Assembly: GCA_041660185.1 (NCBI GenBank)
Contig: JBAZWU010000004.1
Location: 96,878 to 160,877, forward strand
Length of the DNA stretch: 64,000 bases
DNA from: Elusimicrobiota bacterium
GTDB lineage: Bacteria; Elusimicrobiota; Elusimicrobia; 2-01-FULL-59-12
Direction of reading: 5' to 3'
Position 1 is the first letter of the stretch; each line of letters begins with the position of its first letter. Shown here in pieces: positions 28,653-38,080 of this stretch. The position numbers and the translations under genes are program-made. The notes under the pieces were generated by a model. That model ran no database searches, had not been told where the DNA came from, and saw only the letters and a program-made list of their open reading frames with translations.

Positions 28653-29460
28653 CGTTTGGCTTATCTTTTCCAACATCGTTTTGCCGATGGGCGCCGGCCT
28701 TACCTTTTTTGCGTTAGCCCGCTACGCGTCGCATGTCGCTCCGATGCGGTTTCTGGTGACGGGAGATACCACGTACCGTGGCGCGGCCTGGGGGTTCTTC
28801 TTTTTCGGAGTTTATTTGATCAGCCGTCCCCTGCAGGTTCTGCTGGGTCCTCTTCCGATGCCTTCCGTGGTTACCTGTATCCGGGAATTCTGCATGATGG
28901 GGATTTTCGCTCCCGCCATCTTTGTGGCGATGATGAGCCTCTGCTTCGGGAGCGAGAATATCCCGCGCAAACTGATCGTCTGGATCTTTGGAGTGGGACT
29001 GGTGCTGGGGTTCTCCTATGTGGTCCTCGAGCCGCAGGCGATTCGCGGCTCCGAGATCATCTTCTGGATCGGCAATTATCCGGCCTACGACGGGACCTGG
29101 TTTCTGAACGGGGACCCGCGCAGCCAGGCCCTGATTTCGATTATTTATGTGATCCAGTTCATTGATCCGGTTCTTCTGCTGTTCCTGGCCGGGGTCATTG
29201 TTTTCCGGCACGCCCGGCATTACCCGCCCGCGAAAAAGGTGGTGTATGACAACATGCCGAAAAAACTCTACCTGCTTTCCGCCGCGGTTTTTGCCTTTCC
29301 CATGGGCATGTTTATCGCCGGTGTTTTGGGCCTTTTCTTTCACATCCGTTTCCAATGGTGGCTCTACTATCTGGGTGCCCTGATCTCCGGGTTAATCGAA
29401 TCGGTGAGCCTCAGCCTTCCTCTGCGGAAAGATGTTCAAGTCAGCGAACACGCCCGATAA
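28645..29460 (+). CDS. hypothetical integral membrane protein
   Basis: About 8 hydrophobic segments. No recognisable motif. Confidence 0.6.
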   Translation: MHDVWLIFSNIVLPMGAGLTFFALARYASHVAPMRFLVTGDTTYRGAAWGFFFFGVYLISRPLQVLLGPLPMPSVVTCIREFCMMGIFAPAIFVAMMSLCFGSENIPRKLIVWIFGVGLVLGFSYVVLEPQAIRGSEIIFWIGNYPAYDGTWFLNGDPRSQALISIIYVIQFIDPVLLLFLAGVIVFRHARHYPPAKKVVYDNMPKKLYLLSAAVFAFPMGMFIAGVLGLFFHIRFQWWLYYLGALISGLIESVSLSLPLRKDVQVSEHAR

Positions 29461-29470
29461 CATCAGACAA

Positions 29471-29585
29471 ACCCTCACCCCAACCCTCTCCCTCAGCAGG
29501 GAGAGGGGGGATGATATTTTCTGACGCTCCCTCCCCCTGTTGAGGGGGAGAGCCGGCCTGCCGACCGGCAGGCAGGGGTGAGGGT
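29471..29585. repeat. MITE-like element, family 3, complete copy
   Basis: ACCCTCACCCC... / ...GGGGTGAGGGT terminal inverted repeats with internal hairpins. Confidence 0.75.
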
Positions 29586-29657
29586 CGATGTAACGATTCC
29601 TGATTTCCTTTCGAAAAATCCATTGCATTTGATAGGAACCCCTCTATACTTCCCAGT

Positions 29658-30011
29658 GTGTTGGTGTCTGTCCGCAATCAAACAAGGGGGACGGAACTCG
29701 CCGGCCGTGTCCGGATAGCTTCCTCTCTGTTGGACCGTGTCGTCGGGCTTTTACGGACGCCGCGGCTGGAGCCGGGAACAGGGATTTGGCTCAAACCCTG
29801 CCGGTCGGTGCATACATGGTTTATGCGTTATCCCATTGACGTTCTCTTCCTGGATTCGGACGGACGGGTTCTTCATCAGGGGACTCTGAAGCCCTGGCGG
29901 TTCTCCCGCTGGGTCAGCCGTTCGCAGAGCGTCCTGGAATTGTCCGCCGGGACGCTGGACCTGACGGGAACTCAAACGGGAGACCGGCTTGAGATGAAGG
30001 AGCGGACCTAA
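29658..30011 (+). CDS. DUF192-family protein
   Basis: IWLKPCRSVHTWFMRYPIDVLFLDSDGRV matches the DUF192 pattern. Confidence 0.6.
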   Translation: MLVSVRNQTRGTELAGRVRIASSLLDRVVGLLRTPRLEPGTGIWLKPCRSVHTWFMRYPIDVLFLDSDGRVLHQGTLKPWRFSRWVSRSQSVLELSAGTLDLTGTQTGDRLEMKERT

Positions 30012-30014
30012 ATT

Positions 30015-31778
30015 ATGGCCTCCTCCGGGAACAAAGGAACCGCCAATCCTCGAGGGATTATTGATCTTCTCGTCAACCGCAAGCTGGCCACGGAGGCCCA
30101 GCTCCAGCCGGCGACAGAGGAATCCCGCAAATCCGAAAAGCCGATCCAACAGATTATCGTCGACAGCAAGATCCTTGAGAAAAACGTCATTTTAAAAGCG
30201 CTCTCGGAAGAATGGCGCATCAAAGCCGTCAACCTGAGCGACATGGAAGTGGACATGGATGTGGTCAAAGCCATCCCCGAGGCCACCGCTCGCCGGCATC
30301 ATGCCGTTCCGTTTGCCAAAGAAGACAACGTTCTTTTTCTGGCCATGATGGATCCCCGCGATTTCTTTGCGATTGAGGACATCCAGCTGCGAACCGGTTT
30401 TGAGGTCCAGCCCTATCTGGCGCTTCCCGCGGACGTCGATGCGCTGTTGGACAAGGCGTATGGATCCACGACCGTTGCCAACGAGGTCAGCGTTGAAGAC
30501 ATTATCAAAGGCGTCGCGGCTTCGAATACGGGCGGAGGGGATGATGAGTTGCTGGTCGGCCAACCCGAAGAATTGTCGGATGTGGCGGATGTTTCCGCCG
30601 ACGCCCCGGAAGTCGAAAAACTGGTGAATGCCATTATTCTCGGAGCGCTTCAGCAAAAAGCCTCCGATATTCATATCGAGCCTTTCGAAAAACGGCTGCT
30701 TCTGCGCTACCGGGTCGACGGCAATCTGCGGGAGGCGCCCTTTGCCCTGCCCTATACCTACCGGAACGCGCTTCTGGCCAAGATCAAGATCATGACCAAT
30801 CAGATGGACATCACCGAACACCGCAAGCCGCAGGATGGACGCATCCAGGTGACGGCCAAAGGCAAGCCCATTGAATTTCGCGTCAATGTGGTCCCGACCG
30901 TGTTCGGCGAATCGTGCGTCATGCGGGTGCTCGATCGCGCGTCGATCCAGGTGGAAATGGGGAAAATGGGGTTCCTTCCGGATACGCTTAAAACGTTTCA
31001 GGATATTTTGCAGCGGCCCTACGGGCTGGTGCTCGTCTGCGGTCCAACGGGTTCGGGAAAATCCACCACGCTCTACGCGGCGCTGAATTCCATTAATACG
31101 TCAGATGTCAAAATCCTGACGGCGGAAAATCCGGTAGAGTACAACCTGAACGGCATCGTGCAGGTCAACATTAATCAGGAAATCGGATTTGATTTTGCGA
31201 CGGCCCTGCGGTCCTTCCTGCGGCAGGACCCCGATATCATCATGGTTGGTGAAATCCGCGATAAAGAAACGGCCCAGATCGCCATGGAAGCCGCCATGAC
31301 CGGCCATCTGGTGTTTTCGACCATCCATACGAACGATGCGCCCAGCGCGGTGGCCCGTCTGCATGAGATGGGGGTCCCCAACTTTCTGGTCGCCTCGACG
31401 ATTGAAGCCGTGCTGGCTCAGCGCCTGGTCCGGCGCATCTGCAAAGACTGCAAAGAGCCGATTCCCATGACCGCCGAACATAAAAAGCTATTCGACGAAT
31501 ATCACATCGATATTTCCAAGGCGCAGTTGTTCAAAGGCAAGGGTTGCGGAACGTGCAATTTAATGGGATACAAAGGCCGGTTGGGGATCCACGAACTCCT
31601 GGTGATGAACAACGATATCCGCACCCTGTGCTTGAAAGAGGCCGCTTCCGGTCCGATCCGCGAACTGGCCATCAAGGCCGGGATGCGCGGGTTGTTTGAG
31701 GATGGACTCCGAAAAGTGGTGATGGGGCTCACGACGGTTGAGGAAGTGCTCGCCGTGTCCATGGGGGCCGGGAGCTGA
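30015..31778 (+). CDS. GspE/PilB-family secretion ATPase (type IV pilus / type II secretion)
   Basis: Two N-terminal GSPII_E_N-like regions, Walker A GPTGSGKSTT, Asp and His boxes, a tetracysteine motif (CKDC...CGTC). Confidence 0.9.
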   Translation: MASSGNKGTANPRGIIDLLVNRKLATEAQLQPATEESRKSEKPIQQIIVDSKILEKNVILKALSEEWRIKAVNLSDMEVDMDVVKAIPEATARRHHAVPFAKEDNVLFLAMMDPRDFFAIEDIQLRTGFEVQPYLALPADVDALLDKAYGSTTVANEVSVEDIIKGVAASNTGGGDDELLVGQPEELSDVADVSADAPEVEKLVNAIILGALQQKASDIHIEPFEKRLLLRYRVDGNLREAPFALPYTYRNALLAKIKIMTNQMDITEHRKPQDGRIQVTAKGKPIEFRVNVVPTVFGESCVMRVLDRASIQVEMGKMGFLPDTLKTFQDILQRPYGLVLVCGPTGSGKSTTLYAALNSINTSDVKILTAENPVEYNLNGIVQVNINQEIGFDFATALRSFLRQDPDIIMVGEIRDKETAQIAMEAAMTGHLVFSTIHTNDAPSAVARLHEMGVPNFLVASTIEAVLAQRLVRRICKDCKEPIPMTAEHKKLFDEYHIDISKAQLFKGKGCGTCNLMGYKGRLGIHELLVMNNDIRTLCLKEAASGPIRELAIKAGMRGLFEDGLRKVVMGLTTVEEVLAVSMGAGS

Positions 31779-31779
31779 T

Positions 31780-32961
31780 ATGACGGATCACCTTTCCATC
31801 GTTTGTTCCCATTGCAAAAAGCCGCTGGCGGAGGAGGCCAATTTCTGCCACCTCTGCGGGGCGCCCACCGGCACCGCCAGCTGGCAGACCACGGACGGTC
31901 AAACCAACTTTGTTCAAGGGCTCCTGAATCTCGCCCGGGGCCTGACCTCGACGCTGGATGTCGATGCGCTCCTGAAACGGATCGGTCAATCCGCTGAACA
32001 CATGTTTTTGTGCGAAGCGTCTGCCCTCATGCTGCTGGATGAAGACAAGGGCCATCTTTACTTCAAAGTGGCGACCGGAGAAAAGGGCGGCGTGGTGACC
32101 CGTTTCCGCGTGAAAGTCGGGGAGGGAATCGCCGGATGGGTCGCCGAAAAACGGGAACCCGTCATGATTAACGACGTGAAATCCGATACGCGGTTCTCCG
32201 GGCAGTTCGACCAGGCATCCGGTTTTATCACCCGGTCGGTGCTCTGCGTTCCCATGCTCGCGGCCGGAGAGCTTGTCGGGGTTCTGGAAATCCTGAACAA
32301 GAAAGATCCCGCCGGTTTCTCCGAAGCGGACCGCAGCCTTTTGGAGAGTCTGGCCGGACTGGCGGCCCTGGCGATCGCCAACGCCAGGCTTCTAGGAGGG
32401 TTTCGTAATTTCTACAGCAACATGATCGAAATTCTGATCAGCGCCATTGAGGCGCGGGACGCCCGGATGGCGGGCCATTGCTGGCGGGTGGCCCAGCGGG
32501 CCAGCTCCCTCGGGCGGCGTCTGGGGCTGGAGGGGCAGGTCCTGAAAGATCTTTATTATTCGGCCCTGCTGCATGACATCGGGTTCTTAAAGGTTGCCGG
32601 CAGCTGGAATATGGCGCGCATCCTGGTCATGGAAAGCCCGCATATGGAGCAGACGCATCCCCTGATCGGCGCTGAAATGATTCGAGGGATCGATATCCTG
32701 AAAGGCGCCGCCGCCTTGATCCCTTTTCATCATGAATGTTATGACGGATCCGGTTCCCCGCGGGGGCTCCGGAACGACGATATCCCTTTAGGCGGTCACA
32801 TCCTGTCGGTCATTGAACACTGCGAAGAGATGCGCATGAACGGTTATTCCGTCGAGCAGGTCTTGGCGGCGCTGGAAGAGAAATCCGGGAAAGAATTCCA
32901 TCCGGAGGTGGCGCAAGCTTACCGGGACGTCCTGAGCGCCGAAGAAGCCAAGCCGATATAA
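31780..32961 (+). CDS. zinc-ribbon–GAF–HD-GYP signalling protein (likely c-di-GMP phosphodiesterase)
   Basis: N-terminal CSHCKK...CHLCG, a GAF domain, then the HD-GYP-like stretch HDIGF...HHECYDGSGSPRGL. Confidence 0.7.
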   Translation: MTDHLSIVCSHCKKPLAEEANFCHLCGAPTGTASWQTTDGQTNFVQGLLNLARGLTSTLDVDALLKRIGQSAEHMFLCEASALMLLDEDKGHLYFKVATGEKGGVVTRFRVKVGEGIAGWVAEKREPVMINDVKSDTRFSGQFDQASGFITRSVLCVPMLAAGELVGVLEILNKKDPAGFSEADRSLLESLAGLAALAIANARLLGGFRNFYSNMIEILISAIEARDARMAGHCWRVAQRASSLGRRLGLEGQVLKDLYYSALLHDIGFLKVAGSWNMARILVMESPHMEQTHPLIGAEMIRGIDILKGAAALIPFHHECYDGSGSPRGLRNDDIPLGGHILSVIEHCEEMRMNGYSVEQVLAALEEKSGKEFHPEVAQAYRDVLSAEEAKPI

Positions 32962-32976
32962 TTTTACCCTCACCCC

Positions 32977-33066
32977 AGCCCTCCCCCTCCGCAGGGGGAG
33001 GGAGCATCAGATTCTTTACAGCCATCATCCCCTCTCCCTGTTGAGGGAGAGGGTCAGGGTGAGGGT
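32977..33066. repeat. MITE-like element, family 3
   Basis: ACCCTCACCCCAGCCC / GGGTCAGGGTGAGGGT terminal inverted repeats. Confidence 0.75.
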
Positions 33067-33101
33067 GATAAGCTCCCCAGATCCCCCTCCGTCAAAGCCT
33101 T

Positions 33102-33110
33102 TGGTATAAT
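33102..33110 (+). promoter_or_regulatory. extended -10 promoter element TGGTATAAT upstream of mdh
   Basis: TGnTATAAT is present. It places the family 4 hairpin at 33122-33153 inside the mdh 5' UTR. Confidence 0.4.
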
Positions 33111-33121
33111 TCCTTAATGTC

Positions 33122-33153
33122 GTCATCCCCCGCCAGAACCCGCGGGGGATGAC
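33122..33153. repeat. family 4 element, short single-hairpin form (GTCATCCCCCGCC...GCGGGGGATGAC)
   Basis: The same termini as the longer copies enclose one hairpin. Confidence 0.65.
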
Positions 33154-33178
33154 GAGAGGCAGTCGAAAGGAAGTCATC

Positions 33179-34105
33179 ATGCGTAAAAAAGTGGCTGTTG
33201 TGGGGGCCGGGAATGTCGGATCAACCGTCGCGGCCTGGTTGGCGGAGAAAGCGTTTTTTGATGTTGTTCTGCTGGATGTGGTTGAGGGAATGCCGCGCGG
33301 AAAGGCGTTGGATCTTCTCGAGATGGGCCCGGTCATCGGTTCCGATACGAAGATCATCGGGACCAATGACTATGGCCCGGCCGCGGGCTCCGATCTTTTT
33401 ATCGTCACCGCCGGCATCGCCCGCAAAGCGGGCATGAGCCGGGACACTTTGCTCAAGACGAACACAGACATTATCAAGACCGTGGCGGAACAGATAAAAA
33501 AGGTTTCCCCTGAAGCGTTCGTCATCGTGGTTTCCAATCCCCTGGACGTGATGTGCTACGTGATGAAGCAGGTGACCGGTTTTCCCCGCCAGCGGGTCAT
33601 CGGCATGGCTGGGGTGCTGGATTCGGCGCGCCTGTCCGCTTTTATCGCTCAGGAGCTTCACGTGTCGGTAAAAAACGTTTATGCCTGCGTCCTGGGCGGG
33701 CATGGCGATGCGATGGTGCCGCTGCCCCGCTATACCACGGTTTCCGGCATCCCGATTTCCGAACTACTCCCGAAGGAAAAGATCGATGCCCTTTTGAAGC
33801 GTACGCGGGAAGGTGGAGCGGAAATCATCTCTTTGCTCAAGACCAGCAGCGCGTTCTATGCTCCCAGCGCGTCCGCGGTTCAGATGGCGGAAGCCATTCT
33901 CTTCGACCGGCAGCATATTCTGCCTTCCTCGGTCTGGCTCCAGGGCGAGTATGGCCTTCAGGATGTCTATGTGGGGGTCCCCGCGAAACTGGGCGGTAAA
34001 GGCCTTGAGGAAATCATGCAACTCCATTTGACTCCTGAGGAACAGGCCGCCCTTTCCAAATCAGCCGAAACGGTGCGGACTCTCCAGAAAGCGACCGGTG
34101 TTTGA
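33179..34105 (+). CDS. mdh: malate dehydrogenase (LDH-like family)
   Basis: KVAVVGAGNVGST Rossmann motif and an LDH/MDH fold. AAGGAAG lies before the ATG at 33179. Confidence 0.8.
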   Translation: MRKKVAVVGAGNVGSTVAAWLAEKAFFDVVLLDVVEGMPRGKALDLLEMGPVIGSDTKIIGTNDYGPAAGSDLFIVTAGIARKAGMSRDTLLKTNTDIIKTVAEQIKKVSPEAFVIVVSNPLDVMCYVMKQVTGFPRQRVIGMAGVLDSARLSAFIAQELHVSVKNVYACVLGGHGDAMVPLPRYTTVSGIPISELLPKEKIDALLKRTREGGAEIISLLKTSSAFYAPSASAVQMAEAILFDRQHILPSSVWLQGEYGLQDVYVGVPAKLGGKGLEEIMQLHLTPEEQAALSKSAETVRTLQKATGV

Positions 34106-34106
34106 C

Positions 34107-34922
34107 ATGGCGATGACCTCCAAAGAACGGCGGCTCCACCATCAGTCCGCGGGCCTGTTGCTGGCCATCGATGTCGGCAATACCCATATTACCATCGGCC
34201 TGTTCCGGGATTCCGACCGGCTGCGAACATGGCGTCTTCATACCAATCGGCATGCCACGGCGGATGAACTGGGGCTGCTCTTCCTGGGTTTGCTGAAAAA
34301 CACCGTCCGGCAGGACGATCAGGTGAAGGGGGTGGCCCTGGCCAGCGTTGTCCCGGCACTGGACGTTCCGCTGGAACAGGCGTCACGAACCTATCTGCAC
34401 CAGGTCCCGGTCGTTGTGGGCGGCGGGGCTGATCTGGGGATCAAAAATCTTTACAAAAAACCTGAGGAAGTCGGCGCTGACCGGCTGGTCAATGCGGTAG
34501 CGGTGCACGCGTTGTTTAAAAAGGCCGCTATTGTCGTGGATTTCGGGACCGCCACCACGTTGGATTGCGTTAGCGCGCGCGGGGAATATCTCGGCGGGGC
34601 CATCTGCCCGGGGATGGAACTCGCCGGAGAATGGCTGGCCAGTCACACGGCTAAACTCCCTCGAGTAGCCTTCTCCGAGGCCCCTTCAAACGCGTTGGGG
34701 CGGACCACAAAAGAAAGCTTGCAAAGCGGACTTTTTTTCGGTTACATAGGTCTGGTTGAAGGCCTGCTGCAACGCCTAATTAAGGAAATGAACGGGCAAC
34801 CTGTTGTGGTGGCGACGGGGGGACTTTCTCCCGTGATAGGCCCTCATCTGAAAAAGGTCTCCCGAATTCTCCCGAATTTGACGCTGGAAGGTCTTCGATT
34901 GATCTGGGAACGGAATCGGTAA
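34107..34922 (+). CDS. coaX: type III pantothenate kinase
   Basis: LLLAIDVGNTHITIGLF and the DFGTATT ASKHA motifs. Confidence 0.85.
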   Translation: MAMTSKERRLHHQSAGLLLAIDVGNTHITIGLFRDSDRLRTWRLHTNRHATADELGLLFLGLLKNTVRQDDQVKGVALASVVPALDVPLEQASRTYLHQVPVVVGGGADLGIKNLYKKPEEVGADRLVNAVAVHALFKKAAIVVDFGTATTLDCVSARGEYLGGAICPGMELAGEWLASHTAKLPRVAFSEAPSNALGRTTKESLQSGLFFGYIGLVEGLLQRLIKEMNGQPVVVATGGLSPVIGPHLKKVSRILPNLTLEGLRLIWERNR

Positions 34923-34964
34923 TAGCTGATCGGTCCGTATTTATCTACCAAGGAGAACACCCAC

Positions 34965-36011
34965 ATGAAACTGATCCGTGTATTCGTTGTTTTGTGTTGT
35001 TTCGGTCTTTTTGTTCCTGTTGCGCAAGCGGCCGTGCCGATTACCGATGTCAATACAGCCCTCGGTCAGGTGACGGCGGATTCCGTTCTGGTCAGCCAGT
35101 GGTTCTCGGATCAATTCCGCTATGTGATTCCGTTTAATGCCACGACCGGCATGGTTGTTCCCAAGCAGCTCAAAATTTGGGGAATTGAGCTGGGGATAGA
35201 AGGCGCGGTCTCCGGCACCAAGGTGGATATGGAGGGTTTGCGGAACCTGCCGACGAACCTTGTGGACACTCAACAAGTTGATAATTTCGATCGCTTTCCT
35301 TTCCCGGCGATTATCGCGCATGCCAAAGTCGGGCTTCCGTTTGGTTTAGACGCGGGGATTCGCCTGGGAGGGATTCCTAAAACGACCATCGGCGAAAACA
35401 AGAGTGCGACGGCTACGGAAGAAGCTGAAAACACCAAAGTCACATTGAAGAATCGCATCTTTGGAATCGATGTCCGGAAAAAAATCGTGGAAGAGGGAGT
35501 GGGAAAACCCGGTGTGACCGTGGGGCTCAATTTCACGCGAGTCAGTGGGTCCATTGACGCCACGAAGGACTTCAAAACCAGCGACAATGCAACCGTGACG
35601 ATCGCGGAAGGTTACACCGCTGATTATACGTCCACCCTTGACGCGACGGGGGGCATCCGTTCGGAGTGGGACATGAACAGCTTTGGCGTTCAGGCGATCG
35701 TGAACAAGCAGATCCTGTTCATGAATCCTTACCTCGGGGCCAGCGCCAATCTCAACTCAGGTTCTGTGTCAACGGCCATTGATACCGCCGGTACGCTGAC
35801 TCTGACGAATCCACTTATTCCGGCGGATACCGTCACTCAGGCGGTCAGTACGCGGGGAGTCGGAAGCGCCAGCGCCAATAAATGGGATGTTCGCGGTCTG
35901 GCCGGGATTGAGTTCAGCATCCTGCCTTTCACGAAGCTGGGCTTGCAGGGCGAGTTTGCCGGGACGAAAAATCTTGGCGCTTCCCTCGGGCTCCGCGTGC
36001 AGTTCCGCTAA
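34965..36011 (+). CDS. hypothetical exported protein, probably an outer-membrane beta-barrel
   Basis: Signal peptide, alternating amphipathic strands, terminal LRVQFR. Confidence 0.55.
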   Translation: MKLIRVFVVLCCFGLFVPVAQAAVPITDVNTALGQVTADSVLVSQWFSDQFRYVIPFNATTGMVVPKQLKIWGIELGIEGAVSGTKVDMEGLRNLPTNLVDTQQVDNFDRFPFPAIIAHAKVGLPFGLDAGIRLGGIPKTTIGENKSATATEEAENTKVTLKNRIFGIDVRKKIVEEGVGKPGVTVGLNFTRVSGSIDATKDFKTSDNATVTIAEGYTADYTSTLDATGGIRSEWDMNSFGVQAIVNKQILFMNPYLGASANLNSGSVSTAIDTAGTLTLTNPLIPADTVTQAVSTRGVGSASANKWDVRGLAGIEFSILPFTKLGLQGEFAGTKNLGASLGLRVQFR

Positions 36012-36021
36012 GATCACTGAC

Positions 36022-36160
36022 GTCATCCCCGAGTGACCCTGTCCCGTCACTTGTCGACGTTCTTGGTGGTCGGGACGGCCCCGACAATGTGACCTCACTA
36101 GAGGACGGGGCTGTCGGGGATCCATCCTTCGATTCCCCGCCAGAGACCGCGGGGAATGAC
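36022..36160. repeat. MITE-like element, family 4, long variant
   Basis: Starts 10 nt after the upstream stop codon. GTCATCCCC / GGGGAATGAC termini. Confidence 0.75.
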
Positions 36161-36284
36161 GATGTTTTTGTTAGGCCCCGGTTGCCAGACACTTGGCGAC
36201 CGGGGCTTTTACACCTTTTTACACTCAATCCTTTCCGTTGACATTTTCGCGATTCGGGGGTAAATAAAATCCGTTGCGAGGATT

Positions 36285-37982
36285 ATGAGACAAAGGCAAA
36301 AGCTCAATAATAGGAAGCTCCCACGCAGACCGCTTGCTCTTTATGGGGTAAGGGGTCTGCTCTCGTTTTATCTGGCCGGTTGTTTGTCGCTGGCGGCCTG
36401 GGCGGCCCCGACGGGGCGTGTGGATGTGCTTCGAGGCCAGGCGGACAAGCGGCTTCCGGGAGTCGTCCAGTGGGAGGCCGTTCAACCCGGAGATAAACTG
36501 GAAGAAGGCACCACCGTCCGCACCGGGGATCAGTCCGAACTCCAGATTCTCACCGGCAGAGGCCATCGTTTTGTCGTTAAGTCCGCAACGCTTTTCGAGC
36601 TTACCAGCCTCCAGGACGACCAGACCAAAGGACGCCTGGAAACAGGCCGGGTTTTGTCCAAAGTCAAACGCCTCCGCGAGAAGGAACAATTTTCTATTCA
36701 AACCCCTGCCGCGGTCTGTGCCGTCCGCGGGACCGAATTTGAGACAGCGGCTGGAGAGCGGGGAACATGGGTATTCGTCTACCGCGGGGTGGTCGGTGTC
36801 ATGGCCTCCGGTGCCGGGGGCGAAACGGCTCTTCGGGCGGGACAAATGACAGCCGTTCACGACGGCACGATCGAATTGCCGCGGCCCATTCCTCAGCAGG
36901 GTCTCTCCGGCAGGGATTCCGCTCTGGCTCGTGACGCCCGGCATGAAGTGGCGCTCGACATGACGCGGAACCAGGTGATTGCCGCGGCCGCCGAGGAACG
37001 GCGCCTGGCCGAGTATCAGGAAGGCAAAAGCATGACCGATGTGGAAGGGAAACGAGTTCGTCTGGAAGAGTACATTGTCCGCTCAGCCCCCAATCAATTT
37101 AAGCTGGTTGTCTTGAACGAACGGGCTCAGTCTCAGCTGGATTACTTCTATTACAAGGGAACCTTTAATAAGGATTTGCCGACGGATCTTTCTGTGGCGC
37201 TGAAAGACCTTTCCGGAAAAATCGGGGCCTCCGCTCCGGAGTATTACCTGACCGCTTATGAAATGGCCCAATCCAACACTCAGGACTCGGTCCATGACAC
37301 CGCGACGGGAGGGCACCTCGTCAAAGTCACCCAGGATGGAGAAGGCAACTATATTCTCAGCGACCCCTCGGACCCCGACAATACTCGCACGATAGAGGCG
37401 GCTGAGCTTCAAACGGATGTGAACAATGAAATTTCTTACAAGATTTATAACCCGCTGACGGACAGCTTCTCTGTTGTTTCGGAAGCTCAGAAGGACGCGT
37501 CAAACCAATTTGGTGTCTATCTCCCGGAGAACGAAACCTACAGAGACCTGGTGCCGGCGGATACGATTTGGAAAACCCGTTTTAATACCTATGAGCATGC
37601 GCTGAATAATGTCGTGAAGATGTCTTATGCCAAGTCTTCCGGGATCACGAATGTGCTCGCCTCCGCTCAAGACGCCAGCTGGACCTATGCCGGCGGGTTT
37701 TATTTCCCCGTGGTCACGACCGTTGCCGGCCAGATCGACTCCATCGTGACCAACTACTACGGCGACGGAACATTTGAGTCTTACCGGACGGTACTCATCG
37801 ACGATAACGGCGCCGTCGCTCCGACCAGCGCGTTCTCCGGCGTATCGACGGGATCCGCCTACCGGGGAGAGCTGCTGAAGTGGAACTATGAACAGCAGGT
37901 TACGGCCAGCGAATTTGAGGGGAGAAAGATTGATCTCGTGGTGGAGCCGAAAATATTCATCAAGAGCGGATTGATTCAATGA
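36285..37982 (+). CDS. FecR-domain secreted protein
   Basis: Signal peptide and a FecR-like region (QWEAVQPGDKLEEGTTVRTGDQSELQI...). Confidence 0.55.
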   Translation: MRQRQKLNNRKLPRRPLALYGVRGLLSFYLAGCLSLAAWAAPTGRVDVLRGQADKRLPGVVQWEAVQPGDKLEEGTTVRTGDQSELQILTGRGHRFVVKSATLFELTSLQDDQTKGRLETGRVLSKVKRLREKEQFSIQTPAAVCAVRGTEFETAAGERGTWVFVYRGVVGVMASGAGGETALRAGQMTAVHDGTIELPRPIPQQGLSGRDSALARDARHEVALDMTRNQVIAAAAEERRLAEYQEGKSMTDVEGKRVRLEEYIVRSAPNQFKLVVLNERAQSQLDYFYYKGTFNKDLPTDLSVALKDLSGKIGASAPEYYLTAYEMAQSNTQDSVHDTATGGHLVKVTQDGEGNYILSDPSDPDNTRTIEAAELQTDVNNEISYKIYNPLTDSFSVVSEAQKDASNQFGVYLPENETYRDLVPADTIWKTRFNTYEHALNNVVKMSYAKSSGITNVLASAQDASWTYAGGFYFPVVTTVAGQIDSIVTNYYGDGTFESYRTVLIDDNGAVAPTSAFSGVSTGSAYRGELLKWNYEQQVTASEFEGRKIDLVVEPKIFIKSGLIQ

Positions 37983-37994
37983 TCAACAGGATTT

Positions 37995-38073
37995 GTAGGG
38001 GCGGACCGCTGTCCGCCCGAATATTGGATTTCATGAGGGTCCTGAGGGCGGGCGCACATCGGTGCGCCCCGAC
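37995..38073. repeat. REP family 1 doublet with a compensated variant stem (GGGCGGAC...GTCCGCCC)
   Basis: Intercistronic, between the FecR-like gene and the beta-barrel gene. Confidence 0.8.
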
Positions 38074-38080
38074 ATTTCTC

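Noticed and set aside
33102-33110. Alternative reading of TGGTATAAT as incidental
   Set aside because: It is kept as a low-confidence promoter call because its position about 70 nt upstream of the mdh start with a hairpin in between is plausible. It is not proven.
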